From the NCBI GenBank assembly GCA_030141605.1, contig JAQGDQ010001507.1, positions 1 through 37,313 on the forward strand: 37,313 bases of DNA. The letters run 5' to 3'. The notes beneath the pieces were generated by a model that did no database searches, was not told the DNA's origin, and saw only the letters and a list, made by a program, of their open reading frames with translations. The stretch comes from Tubiluchus corallicola. Lineage: Eukaryota > Animalia > Priapulida. The translations under genes and the position numbers were made by a program. Shown here piece after piece: positions 22,491-35,875 of this stretch (position 1 is the stretch's first letter; each line of letters starts with the position of its first letter).

Positions 22491-24008
22491 AGCATTTTTC
22501 AGGTTGTTTTGGTATGAGGAGTGGGAAGGAGGTAGAGTGTCGGCAGTGGGACTGATATAGGATGATAGTTAGGTTTGAGAAGAACGATCTAAACTACAAG
22601 TGTGCCCCATTTACGACTCACACACGTCAACATAACAAAGAATTGTGTTAAATTTAAGGAAATAATATCTCATTTTTTAGCATTGTTCGTTTGATAAAAT
22701 GATCTATCACTTGTTCGTTTAAACAAACATATAATTTAATATTTCGACAAATTGCTAAGCTTGTAATCCTGCCTAACGTTTAAAAATATTTATAAAAAAT
22801 GTAGAATAGATTCTCGATTCTATATTCCACTGCTTGCCAGATCTCACAAATTATTTTGATATAGGACTAGATTATTCACAGCAGCCAGGTAAACCATTCG
22901 CGACCATTAGTCACAGGTAAATTTGCTGAAAGGGCTGGCACATGCTGCTTATGAATATCCATGAATTTTCTGATCTATTATTGTTTGTAATTTGGGTCGT
23001 TGGAGAATAGAAATTGGGGAAACACTGTGAAATTATGGAATATAAATATTGGCCTTTCCTACTTTCCCTAATAATTCTGAGCTGAACCTGCCAAGGTACT
23101 GAAACCCAGCTAAGTACCAATACTTTCAACAAGGTTTTGTATCCTTTAATCTTAATTCAAATTGACCCAGGGGTAGAGCAGTGCAGTACCGACTGCATAC
23201 CAGATTGCATTCTATAATTTCCCTAATTTAGTGTTAAAATTTTTGCCTGATTTTGCCTTGTGCAGAAAGGTAGTAATGTGCCAGTTCTGAGCATGAGCAT
23301 TCAAGCACCCTTTGCTAAACTCACTGCTCCTGCACGTGTGCGAGCCCACCTCGTTTCTGCCACGCTCTACGCAAACCCCCAGGTTTGATCAAATATTTTC
23401 ACCATCCAGTGTTTGTACCCAAAAATGAAGGCCAAAAAATACGTGATATGCATGCTTAATGAAAATTTCTAACAAGGTATTTTGGTAGATTCGTGAAATG
23501 AAAATTAACAACGACAGAACCTGGTTCTTAAATAAATTTGTATCTTCTTGATCCACTGGCAAATTTAATTGTAAGGCATAATCTGTGTGTCAACACAGCT
23601 CTTCAAAAGATATCAGTGATTAAATTGCAGACAGAATTATTAAGGAAGCAAAAGCCCCGCAAAATATTTTGTGCATAAATCCACTTATAATTAACAATGT
23701 GTGAACATTCTGCCTTGTGTTCCTTTATTTACCTAACGCCAAGCCAGCAGCAGCAGTTTTTACTGAATTAAAGTTATATGGTTATAAGCAGAGTATAATG
23801 GATGACATCAGAACAATGACTTTGCGTCAGCAGTTTTCCAAGCGACACCTAACTCGTCGCCACTCGTCAGAGGGCCCGATTCGAAAAACAAACTCCCAGG
23901 TGCGAACCTATGTGTGGAGTAGTAGTAGTAGGAGGAGGCCTTTTATTTGACGTATAGATCGTCGACAATGGTGCTGTCGTCGAAGCTGTAGCCTCATCGG
24001 TTATCTAT

Positions 24009-24010
<2 letters not shown>

Positions 24011-24043
<33 letters not shown>
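24011..24043. repeat. (AT)n microsatellite
   Basis: Uninterrupted (AT)16. Confidence 0.98.
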
Positions 24044-24046
<3 letters not shown>

Positions 24047-24055
24047 CCGAAAAAC

Positions 24056-24316
24056 TCACAACAACAACCCACGCCATACCACTGCACCATACCACCCTTA
24101 CAATAGCACACCAACTACACGACACACAACATCACACCATACCACAACACCACACAACACTTACTAAACAACACCCACCACACTACACCAGCACCCTACC
24201 ACTGCACCGGATTATCCACACCACTCACCCACACCACACCACTCAGACCACACTACACCACACCCACCACACCATTCCACCGATCACACACACACACCTT
24301 ATCGCCCCACCACACG
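24056..24316 (+). repeat. Degenerate (CACAC/CACCA)n pentamer repeat
   Basis: acaccacaccac-type units with almost no G on the + strand. Confidence 0.85.
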
Positions 24317-24999
24317 ATGGTGGCAACAATGACGACACCTACATCACCAGTACCTACAGCACAGCATCACAAAATACATTCCTAAAGTTTTCCACATAGT
24401 CGAAACAGTGTGCTGAAATAAATGCTCTTAGCCTGTTTACTAATGATCACCAATGCATGGACATTCCACATAGTTTTGTTTGCTGTTCTCAGATTATAAA
24501 AGGCTAACAGACCTTTCTTACATGTATAGTCTATAACACTGTAGAACGACGGATGGCAACAATGTCTGGAACAGCCGCGAAATTTCTCAAACTAACTCAA
24601 AGACAACGGATGTTCCAAATAGCGTGTAGCACAGAGGGTAGAAATACATACCTAACGTTTCGTCCGGTTTACATCTCTGTCAACAAAGCCTTCAAAATTT
24701 TGTTGACCTTTTTTTTCTTTCTTTATTTATTAAATATATCCACAATGATCATTACAGCATTGTATTGTACATAAAAGTATTTAATAATATATTTATTATT
24801 ATGTGCACAAGATGCCAAGCAGCAAATGACCCGTGGGGTACTCAAGAAGTAATTACTTGTTTAGAGTATAATAGAAAAGAGCAGCAAGGGAAAGGTTCCC
24901 AAGCAAGTGTCGAGTCAAAAATAATGCCCAGAAGCTTTATATTATCGACACTTCAATTTAAGAATTGACAAAGTATGTACCTCTAAGGTTTGATGAGAC

Positions 25000-25720
25000 T
25001 ACTTTACACGAGTAAAAATTAACCTGCAAAATCTTTTGAGAGGACTTTGCTAGCCTAATAATTAATTTCGGTGGTATGTTTGATTCGAGGATCCATTTTG
25101 AACGATTCCCGCTTAGACACTTACGTAGAAACGCTGACGGAGCAAAATGGTAAAACGCATCCTGTTCTGACAATTACGTAGAAACGCTGAGGGTGCAAAC
25201 TGACAAAACGCATCCTGTTCTGACAATTACGTAGAAACGCTGAGGGTGCAAAATGACAAAACGCATCCTGTTCTGACAATTACGTAGAAACGCTGAGGGT
25301 GCAAAATGACAAAACGCATCCTGTTCTGACAATTACATGGAAACGCTGACGGTGCAAAGTGATAAAACATATCCTAGTCCGTCTACGTTGAAACACCGAT
25401 AGAGCAAATTTAACCCGTTTATTGTGTAAAACGCTGACAGACCTAAAGGATATGCAGGTACAGCGAACTAAATGCATAGTGGAAATTTTACAATAAAACT
25501 GTTGCAAATTTTACCTGCAGTTTTAGTGAAGGCATACATGAAAGGCGAATTCAGCAATTTTCATACAACGAAAATATAAAACAAATAGAATGTCGCCTAT
25601 TCACGGATTAAATTTAAAAAAAGCATCATGAAAATAAAAAAAAAGTTTAAACTATCGCACAGACGAAATCATTTAGCAGATATTTTTAGCTTACGTTGCC
25701 TAACAGGAAAATGTTGAAAA
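25000..25720 (+). mobile_element. Arm L2 of the putative 53-bp-array DNA transposon
   Basis: Begins tactttaCACGAGTAAAAATTAAC; direct, near-identical copy of 5516-6265. Confidence 0.75.
25118..25385 (+). repeat. 53-bp tandem repeat, 5 units
   Basis: Units at 25118, 25171, 25224, 25277 and 25330. Confidence 0.95.
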
Positions 25721-26745
25721 ATGAACCACAATGTGTATGGAAGCCTCAGCGATTGGGACAAACAAAGCATATCTGCCAAAAATTACGCCACTTCTGCTAA
25801 AGCACCTCAAGTTCAAGCAAACAATGGCAAGGCGACAACAAATCAAGAAAAGCTGCAAACCAAAAGCGCCCAATTTAGCAAGAAAGTTTGCACATTTTGC
25901 AGCTCAAAGAAGCATTCTTCTCTTGGACAGTGTGAAGCTTTTGCAGCTAGGGACGCCCCAGATAAGTTGACGTTTGTGGGCAAGGAACGCCTCTGCTTTA
26001 ATTGTTTGACAAACATAGAGCAGCTAGATGTTTCAAACCGTCTTGCAGTGTTAATGAATGCAACAAGAAGCATTCAGCTTTATTGCCCGATGCAGTGGGG
26101 AGGCTGAGCAGCTCTTCTTCAGATGTTTATAGGCTTCCCACCGATGACAGGAAAGAAAGGATGAGTCTGAAGCTACAGGCTGTGCAAATAGGGTCAGCTT
26201 TGCCTATGGTCAAAGTTCAAGTACAGGTACGTGGAACAATCGAGAAACGTCAAAGTAAAGCAGACACTTTAGTCACAAATTTTGTAGTTATGGACAGCTT
26301 TGGCGAGAACAGAATCATGTTGCCTCACGTTTTAGTTCGACAATCACTAGATAACAGAATGCTTGGCATCAGTCACAGATGTTCAAAGGGCGGCAATGTA
26401 TATAACGTGTCGGCAAATAACTGGTCAAGTTGCCGTGCTAGCAGACATACATGAGATGTATCACCAAGTGTTCGTTTCGCCCAAGCATAGAGATATGATG
26501 AGATTCATTTGGTGGCCTGAAGGACAAACTGACCAGCCTCTTCAGATACTTAGAATGACTGTGAATCTTTTGGGAGGGAGTCTGGTTCCCCAGCGCAGCC
26601 TTGTTTGTCATGAAACGCACTGCATTGGACTACCAATATAGCTTTGACAAAGAAACGGTAGCAGCTATGCTTTACCATTTTTATATGGATTACTGCCTAA
26701 AGTCAGTCGAAAAAGTGGAGCAAGCATTTTAGCTGATTACTATTA
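25721..26745 (+). mobile_element. Internally deleted BEL/Pao gag-pol relic (zinc knuckles, protease start, RT core)
   Basis: NHNVYG then CTFC...LCFNC...CNKKHSALL; ALPMVKVQV; VAVLADIHEMYHQVFV...DMMRFIWWPEG...RMTVNLLGG; HFYMDYCLKSV (degenerate YMDD). Confidence 0.93.
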
Positions 26746-27959
26746 AGCCAGAAGCTACAGATTGGGCACTTTACCAAACGACGAAATGACGAGCTAAACG
26801 AAATGCATAAACTGCACAAAGTGTTTGTATGTTTAAAACAGAATGGCAATTGTTTCTTGAGCTTCCAAGTGCAAATATTATATAACTCGCGATTTTATAA
26901 AAAACATGTTTTATAATCACCTAATAAATTCGAGATATATGTGAACTATGGTCTAAATTTCATCAAATTTTTATTAAATTTTGTTGAATAATTTTTAGGT
27001 ACCCAGTTTTTGATTTTTATAATCTTTTATAATCATTAAATCCCAATGTATTTTGTAGGATACAGCCTATATTTAAAACACACACAGTTGGAAACAAAAT
27101 CATTTAATTTTGTTCTGAATAAGTTACGGATATTTAACAAACTACAAAGCAATTATTTCTTTCTTATTAAAAATAACTTGAAACTGAATTGGTTAACAAA
27201 TCAAGAGATTCAGATTGCTCTTAATTCATAGCTTAATCTATTTCTAGCACCACATTCTATGTGAGGAAAAGTCTGTCCCACCTCGAAGGAATACCTTTGG
27301 TAAGGCCTTCCACAATCTAGCAATAGCCTTCATTTTTGTTTGGTTCTCAGTACAACAGTTAACATAAAAAGCTTTGTGATTTCTTTGACGAACCCTAGAG
27401 AAATAAATTACATAACAATGGATATTATTTACTCGCACGTTGCATGAACCAGTCCATTTTGCAACCAAGGGGTGAATTGACCATGAAATTGAACCCGAGA
27501 TCACAGAAATCAAGCATGGTACCACTGGGCTGTTTCAGCTCGACTATTCTGGCAGGTGATTTTGGTTTACAATTTTATTTTTTATGTTCAAGCAGCCTTA
27601 TGATCTAATAACTGACTATGAGTTCCTTTTTTTCTCTCTGCTCCAGCTGTGCTTTAGTTTCAGTTTGATTTTAGTAAAACTAGTCTTTTTTTCTTTACAA
27701 CCAACTTGAATATTTGCAATCACAGTGATAACTTATCTACGAAACAAAGTCCTGCTAGGGCGCTTGCATCAAATGATCATTGTTGGCTTTGCTGTTAATA
27801 TTTTATTAATTTTATTATTGTAGAAAAAGCGCTATGATAACCATTGACGTTATACAATGCGTATCTTTTAATGCGCACATTTCATTCAGGAAAAAATGAA
27901 ATAATTAATTTACCCAAACAAGTGATGGAAACATTTCGGACTTTTCTAGGAGATCGTTT

Positions 27960-28240
27960 AGTTTTTATGTCAATGAGAGTACGAAGAAGTTTTGATGTCA
28001 ATGAGAGTACGAAGATGTATAGATGTCAATGAGAATATGAAGTAGTTTTGATGTCAATGAGAGTACGAAATAGTTTTGATGTCAATGAGAGTACGAAGTA
28101 GTTTTGATGTCAATGAGAGTACGAAGTAGTTTTGATGTCAATGAGAGTACGAAGTAGTTTTGATGTCAATGAGAGTACGAAATAGTTTTGATGTCAATGA
28201 GAGTACGAAGATGTTTTGATGTTAATGAGAGTACGAAGTA
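27960..28240 (+). repeat. 28-bp minisatellite, 10 units
   Basis: Unit gatgtcaatgagagtacgaagtagtttt with an exact 28-bp period from 27968 to 28220; no spacers. Confidence 0.97.
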
Positions 28241-28339
28241 ATTTAAAATTTGACGTCTTTCTTCTGTACTTCCTTTGTACAATACAGTAGCTGCAATAAT
28301 GGCACAAATCGAACACACTTGCCTAGCAAATCTTCATGT

Positions 28340-28510
28340 AAATGTGACATCAAGTTTAAATGCTAACCAGTTTGGGTTTTGTCAAGGATGCAATGAACTA
28401 GTTGAAGTTATTGAAAATAACTCTTTTACGGCTGGCATTTTTTGTGATTTATCAAAATTGTTTGATGTGACAGCCCTATACAATAGTGCTCTCATTTTAT
28501 CGTACTAATT
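28340..28510 (+). mobile_element. Short LINE reverse-transcriptase fragment
   Basis: LNANQFGFCQG...IENNSFTAGIFCDLSKLFDV matches the 'QFGFR ... GIFxDLSKAFDxV' pattern. Confidence 0.75.
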
Positions 28511-28534
28511 AAATTTCTACAATTAAGTTTGCTA

Positions 28535-29754
28535 TGTTAAGCAGGGTAGCGCCAATGAGTTTAATTTTGTAGTGCTAAGTAAAAGTTTATTTTGTTGATC
28601 TATATAAAATTATTATCTATATGAAATTATTATCTCTCAGGCTAGCATAGTAGTGCCATCTACTGTCAACTTTGTTTATCAAAGGAAGAAACCAGGGACA
28701 TGAACTTGACAGGTGTGCTTCCTTATTTGGCAAGCTTGACCACCAATCCTGAGTGATGATAAATAGGACATTCATAGCTGCTACTCTTTATAGCCTGTTT
28801 GATTGGTTAGGTTTAGGTGATGAACCAACCTTTACATGATATGCAGCCAATCAGCTGAGAGCAATCAGGTTTACCTGGAAAAACGAGGTCACAGAGCAAG
28901 GTGTAAAAATTGTGGCTTTGCTATATGGTTGCTCTACTTGAGTTTTATCAATTCTTGGTTTAAAGGATAATATTGCATTTACTAATGGCATTTCCTCAGC
29001 AGAAACAGTGTACTTCTACAAAGGTTGTACTCAGTCTTTGTGATCCTGGGCTGTCCGTCATTTAGGAAGCCCCTAGAGACTTTGTCGTTTACGGTGGAGG
29101 AGACCAGGTCGTGAAATGGACCATTGACAGTTCTCAGAGAACCAGCCTGTAGTCGGTCTTCCTGTCAGTGTCTTCAGATACGCCGGACTTGATACAGCGC
29201 ATTCCTCAGTTGATGGAGTAAATGCCACGCCTGACCCTGAAGTTACCGTTTGTGAGCCTGCCGTCAGACTGTTCCAGAACACGCCGCCGTCGACAGCGAC
29301 AGTGACGAGGTTAAACTAGCTAGTCAACGTGTGCACAGAGACTCACGATAAGTACAGTTTATGGTATTTGTGTTACATTTAAAATCCCGGGTAAAATTAA
29401 AGACAGTAGCTAAACTATAATTTGTAGTATATATTTGTTCATCAATTCTCAAATGTGTTTTTCTGATGTTAAATAATATTGAGTTTATAGCTAATTGTTC
29501 GTTTGTCTATCTGTTCTGATAATGTTAGATTCTCACGTTAAGGAAGCTCGCCAGGGACCCACAGCCTCAGATCAAATAAAGCTTGCTGTTTCTTTAAGTA
29601 TTTATGGTGTGTTAGCACCAATGTTGAAGTGATAATCTTGCGATCCTGACATAAACATATATACAGCATTTTAGGCCAAACGGATTATTACATGCATCTC
29701 CGTTTATTCATGTTCCGTTTATTTTGATTTTGTAACCAATTCCAACTCATAACA
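28535..29754 (+). mobile_element. Probable 5' LTR of a Gypsy element (left boundary tentative)
   Basis: Ends ...cataACA three bases before a PBS; candidate start TGTTA at 28535; AATAAA near 29575. Confidence 0.55.
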
Positions 29755-29757
29755 AAG

Positions 29758-29777
29758 TGGGGGCTCGAAGCCGGAAT
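29758..29777 (+). promoter_or_regulatory. Primer binding site complementary to the tRNA-Pro 3' end
   Basis: TGGGGGCTCGaagccggaat versus canonical TGGGGGCTCGTCCGGGAT; directly follows the LTR end. Confidence 0.8.
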
Positions 29778-30800
29778 GAATCAACCGACTTGCAATGAGT
29801 TTCGTGTGTATGCTTTTCGTTTTAATTACTGTGCAACGTTACGATGATTTTTCTTCTGTTGATGCTAAAGCTTTAATTTCACAGTTAATAAAGCTGACAA
29901 TGGACAAACTGTAAGTTACGGCTCATTTTTCTACACAGTAACTGTCTCTGCCTGTCTGTCTGTCAATGTCTGGAAATATTTGCATATCCGCTCATTAAAA
30001 AATTCATAATTATTGAGAAATGCTGCCAACATGCTGTAGTATACAAAGTTCATACTAATATAAAGCATCTCTAAAGTACATGAGAAATGTGTAGAGGTCA
30101 CGAAGTTCTGTTGCTACAAGTGAACTATGAATAATGTTTCGACAAACGTTATACTCGAATTCAGGATTATGCTCTTGTGAATTTCTGTGTAAAAACGAGG
30201 CAAGTTTCATTCTGCGTTGCGGGAATTCTGCATAAAATACTGTGGGTAACAATCGTCTGTGTTTGCTGGAACTGATCCAAGTAGCTGCCTTAGACTAAGG
30301 TTAATGATCTTGAGGCTACAAGCGTGTGTATTGGTCGGGGGCTACTGTCAAATCGCCCCAGGTATATCTACAGATTAGTACAAGCTATACGGAAACTCGT
30401 ATCACGTGAGAAAGCCAGCTAGACAAGCAGTGCATGGAACAGAGATATTTCCACACACGTACGGCAGTAGTAAAAGAAAAACGAATATGACATTTATTGG
30501 ATTCATTGATTTTGATAAGGCAGTTGGGCGAAGAAATCGCAATCGTGTTAGTTATTGCCTAACACTTTCATCTACTAGGTTAATTGCACTACTATTACTA
30601 CTCTTACGTGTGCTCCCCCACAGATAACTTGCACATGTGGTGTCTAATCGGAACTGTTGAAAGTTAAATATTATACAGTAAGTTGTGTAGTTAGTTGGTA
30701 GACCTGTGTCATAAAGTTATACTGTGGTAATTGTGCTAATTGCTGAACTAAGGTGACATAATTTGACTCGAAAATGTTTTGAAAAGGGGGCTTAGTAACC

Positions 30801-31520
30801 TTGCCCATATTAGATAAACTCACAAAAGACAATTTACATGCCCTGGCCAATTACCTAAATATTGAGTTGCCCACAAGTGCTGGAAAAGCAAAAATTATTG
30901 AAATTCTCGGAAACCTAGAAATTTTGAAAACAGCTAGACCACGTGAAGGGGAGAAATCTGTAATTAGTAAATCTCCTCATATTCCTGTGCATACTCCCAC
31001 GAGAACAGATAGAAAGAACTTGAGTTAGCAAAAATTGCACTCGAACGTGAAAGGATGGAACTTGAAAAATTAAGGTTGGAATATCAGGACAAAGAAAGGC
31101 AAAGGGATAGGGAGTACAACGTTAAGATGAAAGAACTGGAATTATTAATAGTATCCACTAATTTGGAGGCTCAGCAAGCCAATAACCAAATTTTTGACGC
31201 TATAAAAATCATATTCTCCTTGAACCAAAATTTAGTGAAACAGATGTTGAAACATTTTTTCTAACCTTTGGAAAATTGCCAACAATCTCAAATGGCCAAA
31301 AGCTCATTGGCCTGTTTCGTTACAAAGCAGCTTTAAAGGCAAAGCACTGGAAATTTACTCTTCGCTACCCTCCACTCAGAGTTCAAATTATGAACAATTG
31401 AAATCCGCTGTGCTAATGGCATATGAATTAGTACCAGAAGCCTCTCGCCAATGATTTAGGAACAGTGGGAAAGATTAAAATCAAACTTATGTTGAGTTTG
31501 CAAGAGATAAAGAAGTTATA
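30801..31520 (+). mobile_element. Gypsy (Gmr1-like, SCAN-related) gag relic
   Basis: LDKLTKDNLHALANYL; coiled coil ELEKLRLE...KMKELEL; PKFSETDVETFFLTF...LKWPKAHWPVSLQSSFKGKALEIYSSL...YEQLKSAVLMAYELVPEASRQ*FR...QTYVEFARDK. Frameshifted and truncated. Confidence 0.88.
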
Positions 31521-32859
31521 TACATGTCCGTCATCCGTTTCGAGGAGGCCAGTTCGGACATCATGTCGACCGCCATCACTAAATCTCCCGCTCATATTTC
31601 CGCATTTACATCGTTGCTGTACTCCACATGACATAATTCTTTGTCGGATGGCAGATATAGACCAGCAATAAACTAGTACTATTACTTGTTGTTGCTAGTA
31701 ACATATTTTACTCTTATATATTTCTAGACGTTGTATTTTTACGCCTGACGATTTAAGTATTTGGTACTCAGAGCACACATGTTATTCGTCAGTTGGTAAA
31801 CCAAATGTCTTTTATACAGGAAGTACAGTAGTTTGAGAGGTTTCTGTTTGCGCATGTGTGGTACTGTAGATGAGTAGCAATTACCAAATATTGAAATATT
31901 TTTGAAGGGTAAATTGATTTAAACTTTGTTGTTGGACAAATTTTCTTTACTGTACAGCAGCTGTCTGTGTTTTGGATATATCAGAAATACTGCGAGTTTA
32001 CTATGCAAAGTTTGCACTTTATTTTAGAAAAACATTCGTGTAATAATACCTTTTTCATTGTATGTATCAGGAGTGTTTGAGATAGTATGTTTATTAATTA
32101 GGTAATAGTTCTCTTTCTGTCGCTGGAGTGTCAAACATTTTCACTTGTGATTTATGCAATCAAATGTACTATTACCATATAATTAAATTTGTGGTGCCAC
32201 CTATACTTCATATAGTTTATTATTGTAAATTGACCCAATTTAAAATCCAGTTTGTTGTCATGCTCTGTGCTGCTCAGTCATCTACACCTGCTGGACTTCC
32301 CATATTTATTTATTTACTCGCACATAAATTTCATTAAAACAAACACAGACACACGTACTTTTACAAATTATGATTAGTTACATATTTACAAAAAACTACA
32401 CCCAAAAATGTACAGCAAAAAACAAATGCAATAAAAAATAAAAAAATGTCAATATTAACTTTCAAATCTTAATGAATGCCGTAAAATTTTTTATACACAT
32501 TTAGTTCTCTATAATTAATGCTAAAATTTCAGTATTATGTTCGTGTTACAAAAACAGAAAACTCTTGCTTATAGTGACTTACAATGTCAAAGATCCTTTA
32601 ATATTTAATTTTCAGTTAAGCTGCATTCCTATCTAGAAATGTGTCGTCTTACTTGTTTCGGCTTAGATATCATCAGTTTGAAATGTACATTATTTTTGGC
32701 AAATATATTTGACATTATTATGTTATTTGACATTGAATACCGGACTTTATAACATCGCAAATGTAAGTCAAATGTGATTTACAGTTGCATGCTGTGCTAG
32801 TGAGGTAATCAGGTAAGTTCAGCCGGTACATGTGATTTGGGTAGCTCTGCTAAGGCTAG

Positions 32860-35800
32860 CCTGGTGCTTTTTCTCTGAGCAGCACAGAACACTGGAGTTT
32901 CGCCTGTAAAGTTTTGGGGCGGCGTAGAATCAGATTATGATCGGACATCTTATAATGATGAAGAACAGTGAGCAAATACGCTTATGGAACTAAAAGCCTT
33001 GGCAAAAGACTGATGAACTAAAAAACTAAAAAAAACTTTGCGCAAATTTTCCTCGCACAAAGTTTGATTTAGCATATAGAACAGCAATAGGAAACATACA
33101 AATTCAGTTAGCAAATAAAACAGCGGCTGATGAGATGCTGAACAAGTGGAAGCCTGAAATCTTAGGAGGAACCATGCGAGTCAAACGCCCTTTATCCCCA
33201 TGCGCTGGCTTAATCAGAGATCTCGACCCTCACTCATTGACATCACAAAATACTACAAAGTAGTTAAAATTGATAGATTTAAGATTAAAGATGGCAAAAA
33301 TCATGTTTGACAATAACAACGACCTCAATGATGCAATCAAGAATGGCTTGTATATAGGGTAAATGAATTGCAGTGCAAATAAGAGATCACCGCTAAGATG
33401 TTACAACTGCCAAAGATATAAGCATGTAGCGAAGATATGTACTAAGAATGTAAAATGCGGTAAGTGTGTTGAGAAACATAATGCCAAAGACTGTAAGTCG
33501 GAACAATTTAAATGTGCAAAGTGTGGTGAAGCTCACCCAGTATGGAGTAGAATTGTTCAGCATACATAACAGAGGCAAATCAACTGAATTCGTTCTGATA
33601 TGGACTCAGGCAGGCTGAGCTTTAATCCAAAGCTATAAAACTCTGCCAAATAAATATTTTATAAATATATAAAACCTTTTTGAAGGTCACTAATACCCAC
33701 ACTCAGGTGGTGTAGCGTTATGTGTGAGGAATGATCTGGAGAGTAACACGGTAATTATTCCCAATGCAAATCCTGATTTAAATGCAGTATCTTGAAACTT
33801 AAATCAGTCAAGTTGTTAATATGTTCTGTTTACATTATACCTAACTCGACAGAATCCATGAAAAAGTGGCTAGTTGAGTGATTTTGCAAAACAACATGGA
33901 ATTCACTACACACTTGCTATGGGCGACTTTAATGCGCGAAACGTAATCCGGGACAGAATCGATAATGAGCATGGTAAACTACTGCTAAATTTTTCTGTCA
34001 GATAACAATGGGGAATTTGAAATACTGGCACCTAACGCACCAACGTTTAACTCTGTCATCGGAAACAGTGTAATTGACCTAATATTAGCATCGCGCGAAT
34101 TAACCCTCCGACTGTCATCACAAACAGTAAAGAATGACATTGAGCTTTTTAGTGGTGCTCCCCAAATTTGTCACTACCCTGTAGTAACCATATTAGAGAG
34201 TCATAGACAGACTCCAGCAAAAAGTCGGCTAGTGTTCGATTTTAAAAGCAGCAACTGGATTAATTGGTGGCACTCATTAGAGACACATATACAGTCTGAT
34301 TTTGAAAACGTACTAGAGTACATAGAAAAAAAAGATGCGTATAATGTGTGGACTTGGCTGTTGGACAAAATAAGCAAAGCTAGTGATGCAACTCTAGAAA
34401 ACAATAACAGAGCACAGCAAGCCATTTTGGACAAACAGTCAATCGCAATTATAAAAAAAAACTAAGGGAACTCATGAAAAGATATCTACGTTTGTTTATT
34501 TTTGCAAATTGGCTGAAAAGATTCTAGAAAACAGATTGCGACTGTTTCTTAGTGAAGATAACTTGTTAGAAGAATTTCGACCAGGGGGTAGTACAACCCG
34601 ATATCTGACGAGACTAATCTCAGAAAATTATAAAGTAAACTAATCGAGAAAAGAGGCTGTATTGCAGTGTTTTGCGACTTTAAAAAAGCATTCGACAGTG
34701 GGTGGTTAGACGGTTTAATCTGGAAGTTGTATCACAAAGGCTTACGGGGCAACATATTGGACCTCATGGTAGCGTTTCTAAGAGACCGTAAAATTTGTTT
34801 AAAAGTTAATAATCACCTGTCGAACAAATACTCTTGTCAGATAGGGTTACCCCAAGGTACTGTGCTGTCCCCAATTTTATTTGTGTTCTATGTTTCGGAT
34901 ATGTTGCAAACAATTGAGACAGTTAACTTTCATAAATTTAAATATGCCGATGACAGCACATTTCTAGCAGCAGGCAGCACTATGAATAAGGCTTATACAG
35001 CAGCACAAGAGCAATGTGAAAATTTGTTTAAGTGGTCGTCTATTCTCGTCTATTGTCAGCAGATTTTTAATGAAAGCATTAGATAAACCAGAAAATGATG
35101 TAGTTACATGTGAAATTCAACTTATTGATCAGCTGCGTAATATGGGCCAATGAAAGCATTAGATAAACCAGAGGATGATGTAGTTAGGTGTGAAACGTAT
35201 TGATCAGCTGCGTAATCTCGGCCAATATTTTAATCATTTTTTGGCTAATCACATAACAAAAACTAAATTGTTTTTAAAGATTACAAAAGCTGTAGAAATT
35301 GCCGTAATGATACGTTGACGGTCAATAATTTGGACAACACCGACATCAAATATAATAAAAATTAAGTGGATAAATATATCAAAGTTTTATGGAGTAGAAA
35401 AATACAACATGTAAACCAGTTGACCGGTAATCCGCGAGAGTTAATTCCTGTATTTACAACACCATTAGATTTACCAGTCAGTAAATATGACAGATTTATA
35501 GAAACAAGTGCATTAGCTCTTCTACTTGGAAATCATGTAGATATGTATAACTACTAGGATATGTATAACTGATTCAGGTCTGTGTGTTTGGGGTTTGGGC
35601 TTAGAAAATAATGACATCCGAAACATTGACAGAAAGAGAGGCACTAATGTAATTAAAATGTATATAGATATTGTAAAAGAACTAACCCGAAATGATCTTA
35701 TAGTAAATTGATTATACATTGATTTTAAATATTGGTTATATATTTAGAATAAGTAAATCGTAACGCAAAATTATCAGCTTGTCTAGTAAGAAATTTATTT

Positions 35801-35875
35801 AATGTACATAATTGTAAAGACTTATGGACGGCGTATTCATAATTTTCAATAAAGATTTTTAATAATAAGAATAAT
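32860..35875 (+). mobile_element. Decayed, internally deleted LINE (I-group-like): ORF1 CCHC knuckles, APE endonuclease, RT and 3' tail
   Basis: ORF1 RCYNCQRYKHVAKIC...CGKCVEKH...CAKCGEAH; APE GGVALCV, GDFNARN, PTF...SVIDLI; RT VFCDFKKAFDS, GLPQGTVLSPILF, KYADD; AATAAA and (aat)n at ~35850-35875. Confidence 0.92.
35069..35227 (+). repeat. ~80-bp tandem duplication within the LINE
   Basis: aatgaaagcattagataaaccaga...tattgatcagctgcgtaat...ggccaat occurs twice head-to-tail. Confidence 0.85.

Noticed and set aside
22351-22560. Gly-rich 69-aa ORF
   Set aside because: It is a by-product of the G-rich minisatellite, with no independent coding evidence.
23800-23885. Minus-strand hammerhead-like core (CTGACGA-stem-GAAA)
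   Set aside because: The stem II closing pair is wrong, there is an extra A after GAAA and no stem I complement is visible; an Infernal search would be needed to rescue it.
27960-28240. 28-bp repeat as a CRISPR array
   Set aside because: Head-to-tail units with no spacers.
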